Position numbers and translations under genes: made by a program. Positions 63,056 through 64,000 of a stretch of DNA of 64,000 nt are shown here, one piece after another. The stretch lies in the IMG/VR virus record IMGVR_UViG_3300049793_000366, positions 434,001-498,000 of that record; one strand, given 5' to 3'. Position 1 is the first letter of the stretch. Each line of letters opens with the position of its first letter. The notes beneath the pieces were generated by a model. It worked only from the letters and a program-made list of their open reading frames with translations. It did no database searches and was not told the origin of the DNA.

Positions 63056-63369
63056 TAGTAATTGATAGTGAATGGTTCGTATGACATGATTTGATTACCG
63101 TTGTTCCAGTTAGATGTGTCTAACTGAGATTCATCATCAGTCTTTGAATTGAAGACTTGTACACAACCATTGATAATCTTTTTACCCTCTGTTATCTTGT
63201 AGGGTAGTCGGTCTTTTTTTGGTGAGCATAAGTACTCAGTTTTACTTGTTGTGTTCTTAACAAGCACTTCTGTGTCTTTTGGTGTCTTATAGATACTGAA
63301 TACTTCTTTAGATGCAATCAGTTCTTGTACTTGTTGTACGCTGAGATATCCGATGTTTGTTACTATCAT
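63055..63369 (-). CDS. hypothetical protein
   Basis: Coupled minus-strand ORF. Confidence 0.7.
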   Translation of the reverse strand: MIVTNIGYLSVQQVQELIASKEVFSIYKTPKDTEVLVKNTTSKTEYLCSPKKDRLPYKITEGKKIINGCVQVFNSKTDDESQLDTSNWNNGNQIMSYEPFTINY

Positions 63370-63734
63370 ACTAATTCGTTTAAAAATTTATTACGCTTTG
63401 CTTGTTTTAATATCTTCTCACACAAGATTATATTCTGTTCGTATTTTCTATTCGTACTATCTGGGTCAAGATGGTTCTTAATCATCTGTGAATAACCGAT
63501 AAGATAATTTTTAAATACGACTGTAAAAAAGGATTTTGGTTTCCTTTCTACACCACCGAGATTAGGGTCGAATTTATCTTCTTTCTTCTTTGTGAATTCA
63601 ATACCATTATTCAATAATATTTCTCCTATCTCTTCATGTAAATCAGTGAACTTCTTAAGTTTATTCATATAGACATAACAGTTGCTTCGGTATAAGCTAA
63701 TCAAATGTTTTTCAATATTTTCGGTAAAATACAT
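63366..63734 (-). CDS. hypothetical protein, C-tag
   Basis: Ends KRNKFLNELV. Confidence 0.75.
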   Translation of the reverse strand: MYFTENIEKHLISLYRSNCYVYMNKLKKFTDLHEEIGEILLNNGIEFTKKKEDKFDPNLGGVERKPKSFFTVVFKNYLIGYSQMIKNHLDPDSTNRKYEQNIILCEKILKQAKRNKFLNELV

Positions 63735-63754
63735 CGAATAATTGTCCGTGTAAC

Positions 63755-63988
63755 CTAATCCCTTATTAGGTCAGGGTCTACGCGATATTCCGGATCTATT
63801 TGTTCTGGCTTAAACCATTCATTTAGCTTTTCTTTGGCTTCATCTTCTGTATCAAAAGAGTGAGCTTCATTAGAGCTATCTTTAACAAAGTTATTCGCGT
63901 AATAGTCACCTTCATCAAACCATTGTAAACACACAATAGTAATTAGACCATTCTCTCTTTTGTATAATTTATAATATATTGCGCTCAT
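63755..63988 (-). CDS. hypothetical protein
   Basis: Minus-strand ORF at the window end. Confidence 0.7.
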   Translation of the reverse strand: MSAIYYKLYKRENGLITIVCLQWFDEGDYYANNFVKDSSNEAHSFDTEDEAKEKLNEWFKPEQIDPEYRVDPDLIRD

Positions 63989-64000
63989 TAGTAAAATCTT

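Noticed and set aside
1916-63734. C-tag as a DNA-level recombination site (attC-like)
   Set aside because: Codons for the conserved residues vary freely and I saw no inverted-repeat structure; conservation is at the peptide level apart from a few recent duplicates.
63740-63765. ORF 63755..63988 ending IRD* as a tag truncated by a readthrough TAG
   Set aside because: Downstream codons do not continue the tag; the sequence is a degenerate promoter (TTAG-gttacACGGACAATTATTCG-ATGTATTT).
1-64000. Genome-wide stop-codon reassignment (TAG or TGA recoding, as in some large phages)
   Set aside because: Long genes are intact in code 11; TGA and TAG terminate many ORFs right after the C-tag or in ATGA overlaps; only one in-frame TGA case (3739) was seen.
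1-64000. Eukaryotic giant virus origin (suggested by ankyrin and GNA1-like genes)
   Set aside because: Bacteroidota-type promoters, operon-style ATGA/TAATG coupling and bacterial-type ClpC/CoaB point to a bacteriophage.

Overview
AT-rich (about 30-33% GC by eye), gene-dense segment that looks like the accessory region of a very large (jumbo) phage infecting Bacteroidota. Support for the host: TTTG-N19/20-TAnnTTT(G/A) promoters, no Shine-Dalgarno sites, ATGA/TAATG gene coupling, and a Bacteroidota-like ClpC. I saw no structural, replication-enzyme, rRNA, tRNA or CRISPR genes. Recognisable enzymes are few: CYTH, stand-alone CoaB, PTH2-like (split by an in-frame TGA), TIGR02452/PARG-like, ATP-grasp, radical SAM, ClpC lacking its N-domain, DUF1653, serine recombinase, two GNATs, HNH and an ankyrin protein. 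Most of the other ~150 small ORFs fall into two mutually exclusive tagged classes. (1) 'C-tag': about 70 proteins (manual count) carry R-[DE/N]-x-[KQ]-[IL]-x-x-[IL]-[LI] at or near the C-terminus and mostly lie in units driven by host-type promoters with a palindromic spacer. (2) 'N-motif': 22 proteins start M-[KR]-[HY]-[LI]-[KR]-x-[FY]-[EN]-[EG], resemble the T4 capsid-targeting sequence, and unit-leading genes follow an AATATATA element. A same-orientation 16-bp repeat (AATTAAAATGCCACAC, 16 copies found) clusters at 34.3-36.8 kb and 45.5 kb together with DnaA-box matches. GNA-triloop mini-hairpins and a local GC-skew switch lie at or near the first cluster, and one copy sits just upstream of the recombinase gene. 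All product calls come from motif recognition by eye; no database searches were run. Several start codons are moved downstream of the ORF-track start where promoter or coupling evidence supports it.
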